Origin: Candidatus Eiseniibacteriota bacterium
GTDB lineage: Bacteria; Eisenbacteria; RBG-16-71-46
Length of the DNA stretch: 64,000 nt
Reading direction: 5' to 3'
NCBI GenBank assembly: GCA_963717505.1
Contig: OY970342.1
Location: 1,600,001 to 1,664,000 of the forward strand
This document shows, one piece after another, positions 21,028-29,655 of the stretch. Position 1 is the stretch's first letter, and each line of letters begins with the position of its first letter. The position numbers and the translations under genes were made by a program. The notes beneath the pieces are model-generated. The model did no database searches, was not told the DNA's origin, and saw only the letters and a program-made list of their open reading frames with translations.

Positions 21028-21432
21028 CTAGGAGCCCAACTTCTCGATGCGCGCCACCTGTGCGGCCGTCAACGTCATCACCGACAGCCGCGGCAGCCGG
21101 GGCAGGTCGCAGGTCTTGAGCACCGCGTCGGTTCGAAACGTCGAGAGTGGCACCGGGGTTTCGAGCTTGTGCCGAGGTGCGAGGTCGACGACCGCGCGCT
21201 TGGGATCCCCGAGCTTGGGATCCGGATAAGGATCGGAGGCCGCGACTGCGAACCCGACCACCGCTTTCTCGTCGCCGGTGTGGTAGACGGCAACCGTGTC
21301 GCCCTTGGCCACAGTCCGCAGGTGCTTGAGCGCCACCGGGTTCTTGACGCCGTCCCATGTGGTTCGCCGATCGCGGACCAGGTCGTCGAACGAGTACGTC
21401 GAAGGCTCGGTCTTGAACAGGAAGGCCGCCAC
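21028..21432 (-). CDS. EVE domain protein
   Basis: FLFKTEPSTYS, WDGVKN, YHTG, RLSV. Confidence 0.9.
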   Translation of the reverse strand: MAAFLFKTEPSTYSFDDLVRDRRTTWDGVKNPVALKHLRTVAKGDTVAVYHTGDEKAVVGFAVAASDPYPDPKLGDPKRAVVDLAPRHKLETPVPLSTFRTDAVLKTCDLPRLPRLSVMTLTAAQVARIEKLGS

Positions 21433-21438
21433 GGGCGG

Positions 21439-21482
21439 ACTCTAGCACGCCCATTCGCCGCCCGCGCCACCGGTGCTAGAGT
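21439..21482. promoter_or_regulatory. Back-to-back divergent extended -10 promoters (TGCTAGAGT on each strand)
   Basis: ACTCTAGCAC (21439-21448) and GTGCTAGAGT (21473-21482); the minus-strand copy sits 6 nt before the EVE GTG start. Confidence 0.6.
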
Positions 21483-21541
21483 TCGGCCGTCACGGGCTTC
21501 GGCCCGCACGCCGATCCGTTCCCCAAACCCGGAGAGTCGCC

Positions 21542-22105
21542 ATGAAGCTCGTTCGCTCCCTCGCCGTCGGCGCCGCACTGCTGGCCACCGCCGGCATCGC
21601 GTCGGCGGATGAAGAAATGTCCGCTCTGCACAAAGACGTCCTCGCCAGCCTCGGCGATGCTCGCGGCAAGATTCAGCAATTGGCCGAAGCCATGCCGGAC
21701 AAGAAGTACTCGTGGCGTCCGGCAAAGGGCGTGCGTTCGGTGAGCGAAGTCGCGATGCACGTCACCAGCGCAAACTATTTCTTCGCGAGCATGATGGGGA
21801 CGCCGGTTCCCGAAGGCATCGATCCGATGAAGCTGGAAACCTCGGTGACCGAGAAGGCGCAGGTGGTCGAAGCTCTGAAGAAGTCTTTCGACCACGTGGA
21901 AGGCGCGATCAAGGCGCTGCCCGAGTCCCAGTTCGACGAGATGACCAAGACGCCGATGGGCGAGATGTCCAAGCGCTCGCTCATGCTGCTGGTCATGCGC
22001 CACGCCGACGAGCACCTCGGCCAGTCGATCGCGTACGCGCGCATGAACGGTGTGACGCCGCCGTGGTCGGCCAAGCAGGAGGCGGCGGCCAAGGGCGGGC
22101 GTTAG
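21542..22105 (+). CDS. Exported DinB family protein
   Basis: GGAG RBS; signal peptide; WRPAKGVRSVSEVAMH and HADEHLGQ His motifs. Confidence 0.88.
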   Translation: MKLVRSLAVGAALLATAGIASADEEMSALHKDVLASLGDARGKIQQLAEAMPDKKYSWRPAKGVRSVSEVAMHVTSANYFFASMMGTPVPEGIDPMKLETSVTEKAQVVEALKKSFDHVEGAIKALPESQFDEMTKTPMGEMSKRSLMLLVMRHADEHLGQSIAYARMNGVTPPWSAKQEAAAKGGR

Positions 22106-22151
22106 CCGAACTCGCATTCGCATCGGTCCACGAAACGCATCGGGGCGATCC

Positions 22152-23795
22152 TCAGGGTCGCCCCGAAGTCTTGAGGCGCGAATGCCCCGCGTGACAACCG
22201 ATGCAGCGGGTCACCTGCCCGGGCGCACCGGCATTCGATCCGGCAACGTGCGCGGGCCCGCGCGCGGTCTCGACCGGCGCCCCGCGCGCATTCACGAGTT
22301 GCTCGAACAGGGGGATGCCGGCCGGGAGATCTCGGGCGCGGATCGCGCCGTCCTCGCCCACCGGCTCGGTCCGGATCAGGACGACCGAGTCGCCGATGGC
22401 GCCTGCGAGCCGCGGCAGCATCGCGAAGAACCGGAGCGCCAGACCTGGCTCACGCGCCGGAACGCCCGGAAGTCCGCCGCCGGCGAACACGTCCTCGCAC
22501 TCGAACGCGAAGCTGCCGAGGGCAGGGCTCGCTCTATCGTGAGCGAGCAGCGCGCGATCTGCGTCGGGTCCGAACCCGGGGACCCGGTCCCAATCCAGCG
22601 TGCGCAGCCGACGCGCCACCAGTGGAACCGGATCCAATTCGAGCGTGCCCCGCAGATCCACGATCGGCTCGGGCCGGCTGCCGTCCGCACGCGCCAACCA
22701 GAGTCCCAGGTCGCCGCGCGCGCCCGGCGCCCACGCAAATACGATTCGGCCGTCGGGTAGCGCCGCGGGCGAGCACGCCGAAGGCGAGGCGAGCCCGAGG
22801 GTTCCGGCGTAGGCGCCCAATCCGGAATCGGGAACCAGCGCGCCGATCACCCGCCGCGTCGGGCGTCCACGGGCGTCGAGTCGGTGGAGTCCGGTGGCGC
22901 CGGGGCCGGGCGAGAGGCCCAGGTTCTCGGCGTAGGTGCCGAGCCACGAACCGTCGGGCATTGGAGCGGCCTCGGCGGCCATCGCGTGCAATCGTGAATC
23001 GACCGCTCCCGCCGCCAGGCGTGGGCCGAGTGAGGCGGGCTCGATCGCGACCAGCTGCCAGAGATTGACCGTGTCGCGTGGGATCGCGTGTGCCGGCGCA
23101 AGTGTGATCCCGCTCGGATCCTGCGCCGAGGCGCGCCACGGATTGAACCACCAGCGCGCGTACACGATGCGACCGGTGCGTGGCTCGACCCGCGGCTCGG
23201 CGGCGCCGTTCCGCTCGGTGGTGATGCGCCGAAGCCCGGAGCCGTCGGCCCGAACCCGATAGAGATTCGCGACCGCGACGTCGGCGTACTGCGCGCGCAG
23301 CGGCAGCCGCGTGCTGGAGAACACCAGGAGGTCCTCGGACACCCAGCAGGGGTCGACGTCGTCGTAGCGCTGGATCGACACCGATTCACCCAGCGAGCGC
23401 AGATCGAGCGCGCGATCGCTGTGCGTAATCGCGGCGAGCTCCGAACCGTCGGATCGAAGCCGCCAGATCCGCCAGCCGCTGTCGGGGTGAGTCACGCCCG
23501 CGAACGCGATCCATCGCCCCGAGGGCGAAACCGAAGGATCGCTGACGTCGTGGAACTCGCCTTCGGGCAGAAGCGATGTGATCGCCCCTTCCGGCGTCCG
23601 CAGCAACAGCCGGCCTCCGGGCGCCGAATGAGCGTGGTGCGGTCCGAGCCCGGGGAGGACGCCCGGCTCGTCGAGCGGCTGTCGCGACACGAACACGATC
23701 GCGGGCACGCCGCGAGGTGCGGAGGCCGACACGCACACCGCAGCCACGGCCAGAACGCCAAACCCAAGGAGGCCCTGAATGCGCCGGCGCGACAT
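22152..23795 (-). CDS. Secreted beta-propeller protein with hydrazine-synthase-alpha-like middle domain and CxxCH
   Basis: PD40-like repeats (DPSVSPSG, DVDPCW, ITTERNG); LPAGIPLFEQLVN; C-terminal CIGCH. Confidence 0.7.
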   Translation of the reverse strand: MSRRRIQGLLGFGVLAVAAVCVSASAPRGVPAIVFVSRQPLDEPGVLPGLGPHHAHSAPGGRLLLRTPEGAITSLLPEGEFHDVSDPSVSPSGRWIAFAGVTHPDSGWRIWRLRSDGSELAAITHSDRALDLRSLGESVSIQRYDDVDPCWVSEDLLVFSSTRLPLRAQYADVAVANLYRVRADGSGLRRITTERNGAAEPRVEPRTGRIVYARWWFNPWRASAQDPSGITLAPAHAIPRDTVNLWQLVAIEPASLGPRLAAGAVDSRLHAMAAEAAPMPDGSWLGTYAENLGLSPGPGATGLHRLDARGRPTRRVIGALVPDSGLGAYAGTLGLASPSACSPAALPDGRIVFAWAPGARGDLGLWLARADGSRPEPIVDLRGTLELDPVPLVARRLRTLDWDRVPGFGPDADRALLAHDRASPALGSFAFECEDVFAGGGLPGVPAREPGLALRFFAMLPRLAGAIGDSVVLIRTEPVGEDGAIRARDLPAGIPLFEQLVNARGAPVETARGPAHVAGSNAGAPGQVTRCIGCHAGHSRLKTSGRP

Positions 23796-23878
23796 GACCC
23801 CGATGCTACACTGGCGCGCGTGTGGGCGGATCCCGCCCTTCTCCGGCTTCACACCCACGTCACACCGGGAGCATCGCG

Positions 23879-24208
23879 GTGACCGAGAACCTGATTGCGT
23901 TCACGACGTTCGCCTCGGAGGACGATGCGGCCCGGGTCGCCCGCGTCCTGGTCGACGAGCGACTCATCGCCTGCGCCAACCTGCTGCCCGGAGCGCGCTC
24001 GATCTATCGCTGGCAGGAAGGCATCCAGGACGAGCGCGAAGTGGTCGTCTTGATGAAGACGCGCAAACAGGATTGGGCGGCCCTGATGTCGCGGCTCCAC
24101 GAACTGCATCCCTACGAGACGCCGGAGTGCATCGCGGTGCGTGTGGCCGCGGGCGCTCCCAAGTATCTCGAGTGGCTGGATCGGGCGCTGGATCCCGAGG
24201 GTTCGTGA
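23879..24208 (+). CDS. cutA: Divalent-cation tolerance protein CutA
   Basis: LIACANL, SIYRWQ, KT, HPYETPE. Confidence 0.93.
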   Translation: MTENLIAFTTFASEDDAARVARVLVDERLIACANLLPGARSIYRWQEGIQDEREVVVLMKTRKQDWAALMSRLHELHPYETPECIAVRVAAGAPKYLEWLDRALDPEGS

Positions 24209-24215
24209 GCGGCGC

Positions 24216-25265
24216 ATGACGCGCGATCCCGCCCAACGCGTGCTCGGCATCGAGACCTCGTGTGACGACACCTCGGTCGCGGTACTCGAGCGCGGCCGTG
24301 TCCTGCGCGCCCACCTGATCGCCGCCCAGGACCATGCGCTCTACGGCGGCATCGTTCCCGAGCTGGCCTCGCGCGCACATCTCGAGTTGCTGCCTGCCAT
24401 GGTCGCCCAAGCGCTCGACGAAGCCACGGTTTCGCCGGAAGCACTCACCGGGATCGCCGTCACGAACGCTCCGGGCCTGGTCGGTTCGCTGGTGGTCGGC
24501 GTCGCGTTCGCCAAAGCCTATGGATACGGGCTCGGAATTCCGGTGATCGGGGTCAATCACATCGAGGCCCACCTGCACTCGGCGGCACTCGAGCACGGCG
24601 AATCTCCGCTGCCGTCGGTGGCGCTCGTGGTTTCCGGCGGACACACCGAGTTGGTCGAGATCCGCGGGCTCGGCGACTACCGCTGGCTCGGAAGCACGCG
24701 CGACGACGCCGCGGGGGAGGCCTACGACAAGGTCGCAAAGCTCCTCGGTCTGGGATTCCCCGGGGGTCCGGCGATCGATCGTCTCGCCGCCGAGGGCCGG
24801 GCCGGCGCCTTTGCCTTTCCTCGTCCGATGATCGATCAGCCCGGCTTCGACTTTTCGTTCTCGGGTTTGAAGACCGCGGTGGCGGTGGAACTCGCGGCCC
24901 ACCCTGGTCCGCCCTATCCGCGCTCGGTGGTTGCCGACGTCGCCGCGTCGTTCCAGGCGGCGGTGGTCGACACGCTGGTGGCAAGGACCGTCCGGGCGCT
25001 CGAAGCCACCGGCGCCAAGGCCCTCAATCTCGGGGGCGGAGTCGCCTGCAATCGCGACTTGAGGGCCCGGCTCGACATCGAGTGCCGGCGGCGGGGCGTT
25101 TCGCTGCGTATCCCCTCGCCGCGACTCTGTGCCGATAACGCGGCCATGATCGCTCAGTTGGGAGCCTGGCGGCTCGAACGCGGCGAGGGTGGAGATCCGG
25201 CCCTCGACGCCGCCGCCTCGCTCGAAGACTCGGGTCTCGCCGCGGGCCTCGCCTCCGGCCGCTGA
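24216..25265 (+). CDS. tsaD: tRNA threonylcarbamoyltransferase TsaD
   Basis: LGIETSCDDT, HIEAH, VSGGHT, DDAAGEAYDK, FSFSGLKT, DNAAMIA. Confidence 0.96.
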   Translation: MTRDPAQRVLGIETSCDDTSVAVLERGRVLRAHLIAAQDHALYGGIVPELASRAHLELLPAMVAQALDEATVSPEALTGIAVTNAPGLVGSLVVGVAFAKAYGYGLGIPVIGVNHIEAHLHSAALEHGESPLPSVALVVSGGHTELVEIRGLGDYRWLGSTRDDAAGEAYDKVAKLLGLGFPGGPAIDRLAAEGRAGAFAFPRPMIDQPGFDFSFSGLKTAVAVELAAHPGPPYPRSVVADVAASFQAAVVDTLVARTVRALEATGAKALNLGGGVACNRDLRARLDIECRRRGVSLRIPSPRLCADNAAMIAQLGAWRLERGEGGDPALDAAASLEDSGLAAGLASGR

Positions 25266-25394
25266 TCCCTGGGCGCCCTCGCCCGGAAACCGCGATCAGT
25301 TTCCGGCCACTCCGGCCGATAACCCCGCGGGATCCTGGATCACACCCGGTCCGGGTGTGATCCCTCAAGTCATGACTCCTCAACCTCATACGCT

Positions 25395-26429
25395 ATGGCC
25401 AAACCCCGGCGAGCCACCGAGCGCGCGAAGACTGACAAGGCCGACCCGGCCGACCAGGCCGAGAAGCCCAAGATTCCCAAGGCTCGCCTCCTCGTTGCCG
25501 AGGATGAGACCAGCCTGCGGGACATCTTGCGCTTTCAGCTGCAGAGCGTCGGCTACGAGGTCCACGAGGCGGTCGACGGCAAGGAAGCGCTCGAGAAGAC
25601 GGGCTCCCTGCAGCCCGACCTCATTCTGCTCGACGTGATGATGCCGCAGGTCGACGGCTACGACGTGTGCCGGAAGCTGCGGGCGTCGTTCCTGACCCGG
25701 CACATCCCGATCATCATGCTCACCGCCAAGACCACGAAGAGCGACAAGCAAACCGGTCTCGAGGGCGGCGCGAACGATTACGTCACCAAGCCGTGGGACG
25801 CGAAGGAGCTTCAGCTGCGCGTGCGCAACGTGCTCGAGTGGAGCCGCCAGCAGCGCTCCGCCAGCCCGCTGACCGGCCTGCCCGGGAACCTGTCGATCAA
25901 CGAGGAGATCCGCACCCGGATCGAAAGCAACACGCCGTTCGCAATGCTCCAGATCGACGTCGACTACTTCAAGTCGTTCAACGATCGCTACGGCTATCAG
26001 CGCGGTGACGATGCGATCCAGACCGTCGCGCGGATCTTGATTCGGGCCGCCCAGGAATTCGGCGCCGAGACCAGCTTTGTCGGCCACATCGGCGGCGACG
26101 ACTTCGTCTTGATCACGCGACCCGACGATTCGGAGGAGATGGCCGAGTTCATCGTCAATGAATTCAACACGACGGTCCCCGGACTCTACGATCGCGAGGA
26201 CCAGGAGCGCGGCCACGTCGAAGTCCGCAACCGCTCGCACCAGATGGACCAGTTTCCGCTGATGAGCCTGACGGTCGCGCTGGTCAGCACCGACAGCGTG
26301 TCGGTCACCCACCTGGCCCAGCTCATCGACATCGCCCAGGAGCTGAAGGAACACGGCAAGGGTATTCCGGGCAGCGTCGTGGTCGGCGAACGCCGCCGGC
26401 CGGGAGACGGCCGCCAGAGCGCGGCCTAG
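25395..26429 (+). CDS. Response regulator with GGDEF-family domain (GGDDF)
   Basis: REC domain (ED, LLDVMMP, TA, TKP); SPLTGLPGN, FKSFNDRYG, HIGGDDF. Confidence 0.92.
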   Translation: MAKPRRATERAKTDKADPADQAEKPKIPKARLLVAEDETSLRDILRFQLQSVGYEVHEAVDGKEALEKTGSLQPDLILLDVMMPQVDGYDVCRKLRASFLTRHIPIIMLTAKTTKSDKQTGLEGGANDYVTKPWDAKELQLRVRNVLEWSRQQRSASPLTGLPGNLSINEEIRTRIESNTPFAMLQIDVDYFKSFNDRYGYQRGDDAIQTVARILIRAAQEFGAETSFVGHIGGDDFVLITRPDDSEEMAEFIVNEFNTTVPGLYDREDQERGHVEVRNRSHQMDQFPLMSLTVALVSTDSVSVTHLAQLIDIAQELKEHGKGIPGSVVVGERRRPGDGRQSAA

Positions 26430-26438
26430 GAGTCGACC

Positions 26439-29156
26439 ATGCGCCAGCCCCGATCCAGCGGCCCCAGCGCCCTCGAGATCAAGCTGCGCGGAGATCTCGA
26501 TCGGGCCCGTCGCGAGCTGGCGCGCCTCAAGAAGGCGACCGACGGCGATGGCCCCCCAGACACCGAAGGGCTGACCCACGAGGAACGCGACGAGCTCGGT
26601 CGGCTGCGCGAGGACATGCGCGAGATCGAGCAGCTGCGCACCGAGGCCGAAGTTTCGGGCATGCTGCGGGCCCAGCTCGACGAGTTCGAGCGGGTTCAAA
26701 ACGAAGTCGAGGACCTGCGTCATGCCAAGGAGCGTCTGAGCAAGCTCTACTACGCGCAGGTCGACGCCACGCGCCAGCGCGCCGCCAAGCTGCAGCAGGT
26801 CATCACCGCGCTGTGCAGCGTCAGCTCGGCACTCGACCTGGACACCCTGCTTCCCCGGCTCGCCGAGCACATTCAGGCGTGCGTGGGGTTCCGCAGCGTG
26901 CTGATCCGGCTGCGCGACCCCGAGCATCAGACCCTGAAGGCCCGGGCGTTCGCCGGCGTCGAGGAATCGGACATGGTCCAGCTCGAGGCCTCGGAAGTCA
27001 CGGTCAGCGAATTCCTGTCGTGGCTGCGGGACGAGTTCAAGGTCAGCCGTTCGTTCTTGATCCGTCACGACCACTCCTTCAACCGCAAGCTGCCGCGCGG
27101 CGTCACCAAGGATCTCGGCGCGCGCGAAGAATGGGAGTGGCACGACAAAGACGTCCTGCTGACTCCGATGTTCGCGATGGACGGGAAGGTGCTCGGCTAC
27201 GTCTCGGTAGACGACCCCGAGGACCGGCTGGTGCCCGCGGTCGACGTGGTCGAACTGATCGAGATCTTCGCCAACCACGCGGCGGTGGCGATCGAGAACG
27301 GCCGGCTCTACCACGAGCTCGAGCAGCACACCCGCGAGGTGGAGCAGGCCGGCCAGCACCTGCACGAGCTGCACGCGCTCAAGAGCAACTTCGTTTCGAC
27401 GGTCTCGCACGAGCTGCGCACGCCGCTGACCGCGATCCGCGCCTACACCGAGACTCTGATGAACGCCGGGGAGGGCGAAGTGCCCCACGTCCAGGCGCAG
27501 CGGTTCCTGTCGGTCATCCACGAGGAGAGCCAGCGGCTCGCCCGGCTGATCGAGTCGATCCTCGACCTGAACCGCTTCGACTCGGGGGCGGCGCAGTTGA
27601 CACGACGGCCCGTGGATCTCGGAGAAGTGCTGCAGGAGTCGGCCGGAGTGCTGGAATCACTGGCCCAGGTGGGTCAGGTGACCCTCAAGGTGCAGGTGAA
27701 AGCGGACGATACCCGCGTGGAAGCAAACCGGGACCAGATGCGGCAACTGGTGCTGCACCTGGGCAGTAACGCCGTCAAGTTCACGCCTGCCGGCGGGGCG
27801 GTGACGTTGCGTCTGTCCGGGGAGGAGCACCAGGTGACGCTGCAGGTCGAGGACACCGGGATCGGAATCGCCGAGGACGAGCTCGAGAAGGTCTTCGAGC
27901 GGTTCTACCAGGTGGACTCCTCGCTCGCGCGGCGGCATGGCGGCACCGGCCTCGGGCTCGCGATCTGCAAGTCCATCGTCGAGTGGCACGGCGGCCGGAT
28001 CTCTGCCGAGAGCGAGGAAGGCCGCGGGTCGCGCTTCACGGTGGTGATACCGCGACGCACGGCGCCGCGGGTTTCGGTACGACCCTCGCCGCGACCGGTT
28101 GCGGCCGCGGAGGACGTGCTGAGGCTCGCGATCGAGATGGTGGCGGAGGTCATGGACGCTGGAGTCGTTTCACTGCTGACGGTGGAGCCGGACGGCGACC
28201 TCGTGGTTCGGGCTGCGATCGGCCTGGACGACGACGTCGTTCAGAACGTGCGCATCCGTCCCGGGACCGGGGTTGCCGGCTGGGTGGCCGAGCATCGCCG
28301 GCCGGTGTGCGTTTCGGGGCAGGAGTCGCGCACCGACGTCCAGGGTTCGCGTCGTCGCCGCTACCGCTCCGGCACGTTCCTGTCGGTCCCCCTCGAGGGC
28401 AACGAAGGCCTGCTCGGTGTGCTCAACGTGACCGAGCCGCTGTCGCAGCGGACCTTTGACGCCGAGGACTGTCACCTCCTGCTGCACCTGGCCCAGCGGG
28501 TCGCTTCGGCCTGGCAACAGACCACCCGGATGGAGAAGAGTCAGGCGGGAGTCGAGACCACCGCCGACGCCCTGCGCGAGGTGCTGCGCCACCTGGAACG
28601 CGGACGCCGGGAATCTCCGGATCGCGTTCGTCTGGCTCGCGCCACCGCGCGGCTCCTGGGCCTCGGGGAATCCGAGGCCGGCGTCATCAGCTTCGCCGCC
28701 AGTGTCCACGATGTCGGAATGGGCCAGCTCGGCGAGACCGTGGTCGAAGGTGTCGGTTCGCTGTCGCGCGAGGAGCGCGATGATGTCGAGCGCCATCCGG
28801 AGATCGGCGCCAACGTGCTCGAGCCGCTCGACACCGTCGGCGTCGTTCGCGACATCGTGCTTTCGCACCACGAGTGGTGGGATGGAACCGGGTATCCGCG
28901 CGGCCTGCAGGGCGCTGAGATTCCGGTCGGGGCCCGGATTCTCGCGGTGGTCGACGCCTACGAGAGCATGACCGTCGGCCGTTCCCACCGGCCACCGGTT
29001 CCGGCAGAAGAGGCCCGGCGAGAACTCAACCGCCTCAAGGGCAAGCAGTTCGATCCCGAAGTCGTTGACGCGTTCAAGCGCGTCCTCGATGGATACGGCA
29101 GCGACCAGGGCGGCGGGTCCACCGACCGCGCCGCGAAGACGCACGACAGGGGGTGA
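26439..29156 (+). CDS. Hybrid GAF-HisKA-HATPase-GAF-HD-GYP signalling protein
   Basis: SHELRTPL, NAVKFT, DTGIG, GTGLGL; second GAF; HDVG, HHEWWDGTGYP, DAYESM. Confidence 0.9.
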   Translation: MRQPRSSGPSALEIKLRGDLDRARRELARLKKATDGDGPPDTEGLTHEERDELGRLREDMREIEQLRTEAEVSGMLRAQLDEFERVQNEVEDLRHAKERLSKLYYAQVDATRQRAAKLQQVITALCSVSSALDLDTLLPRLAEHIQACVGFRSVLIRLRDPEHQTLKARAFAGVEESDMVQLEASEVTVSEFLSWLRDEFKVSRSFLIRHDHSFNRKLPRGVTKDLGAREEWEWHDKDVLLTPMFAMDGKVLGYVSVDDPEDRLVPAVDVVELIEIFANHAAVAIENGRLYHELEQHTREVEQAGQHLHELHALKSNFVSTVSHELRTPLTAIRAYTETLMNAGEGEVPHVQAQRFLSVIHEESQRLARLIESILDLNRFDSGAAQLTRRPVDLGEVLQESAGVLESLAQVGQVTLKVQVKADDTRVEANRDQMRQLVLHLGSNAVKFTPAGGAVTLRLSGEEHQVTLQVEDTGIGIAEDELEKVFERFYQVDSSLARRHGGTGLGLAICKSIVEWHGGRISAESEEGRGSRFTVVIPRRTAPRVSVRPSPRPVAAAEDVLRLAIEMVAEVMDAGVVSLLTVEPDGDLVVRAAIGLDDDVVQNVRIRPGTGVAGWVAEHRRPVCVSGQESRTDVQGSRRRRYRSGTFLSVPLEGNEGLLGVLNVTEPLSQRTFDAEDCHLLLHLAQRVASAWQQTTRMEKSQAGVETTADALREVLRHLERGRRESPDRVRLARATARLLGLGESEAGVISFAASVHDVGMGQLGETVVEGVGSLSREERDDVERHPEIGANVLEPLDTVGVVRDIVLSHHEWWDGTGYPRGLQGAEIPVGARILAVVDAYESMTVGRSHRPPVPAEEARRELNRLKGKQFDPEVVDAFKRVLDGYGSDQGGGSTDRAAKTHDRG

Positions 29157-29163
29157 GGACCAA

Positions 29164-29559
29164 ATGGCGAAGGGCAAGATCCTGGTTGTGGACGACGAGA
29201 TCTACATCGTGCACATCCTCGACTTCAGCCTGGGTATGGAAGGCTACCAGGTGATCACGGCATTGGACGGCGAGCAGGGGCTCGAGAAGGCGCAAACCGA
29301 GCGCCCCGATCTCATCGTGCTCGACATCATGATGCCGAAACTCGATGGCTACGAGACGTGCAAGGCGCTCAAGGCCGATCCAGCGACGCGCGCCATTCCG
29401 GTGATCCTGCTCTCGGCCAAGGGGCGGAACATGGATCAAAAGATCGGCTTCGAGGTCGGAGCCGACGACTACATCACCAAGCCGTTCAGTCCGCGAAAGC
29501 TCGTCGAGCGCATCAACGCCATTCTCGGGCAGTCCAGCTCCCAGCGCATGCAGGCCTGA
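29164..29559 (+). CDS. Single-domain response regulator (CheY-like)
   Basis: VVDDE, LDIMMP, LSA, YITKPF. Confidence 0.93.
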   Translation: MAKGKILVVDDEIYIVHILDFSLGMEGYQVITALDGEQGLEKAQTERPDLIVLDIMMPKLDGYETCKALKADPATRAIPVILLSAKGRNMDQKIGFEVGADDYITKPFSPRKLVERINAILGQSSSQRMQA

Positions 29560-29655
29560 CGGCCGGTTCGATTCCGTCTGCGAACCGTCGATCGGTTCGG
29601 ACGTAGGACCGGCCGTCCCTGTTTTTCCCCGCCTGCGTTATCCTCCGCGGTCGTC

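Noticed and set aside
22152-23795. Anammox hydrazine synthase
   Set aside because: Too short, only one heme motif, and no hzsB/hzsC neighbours.
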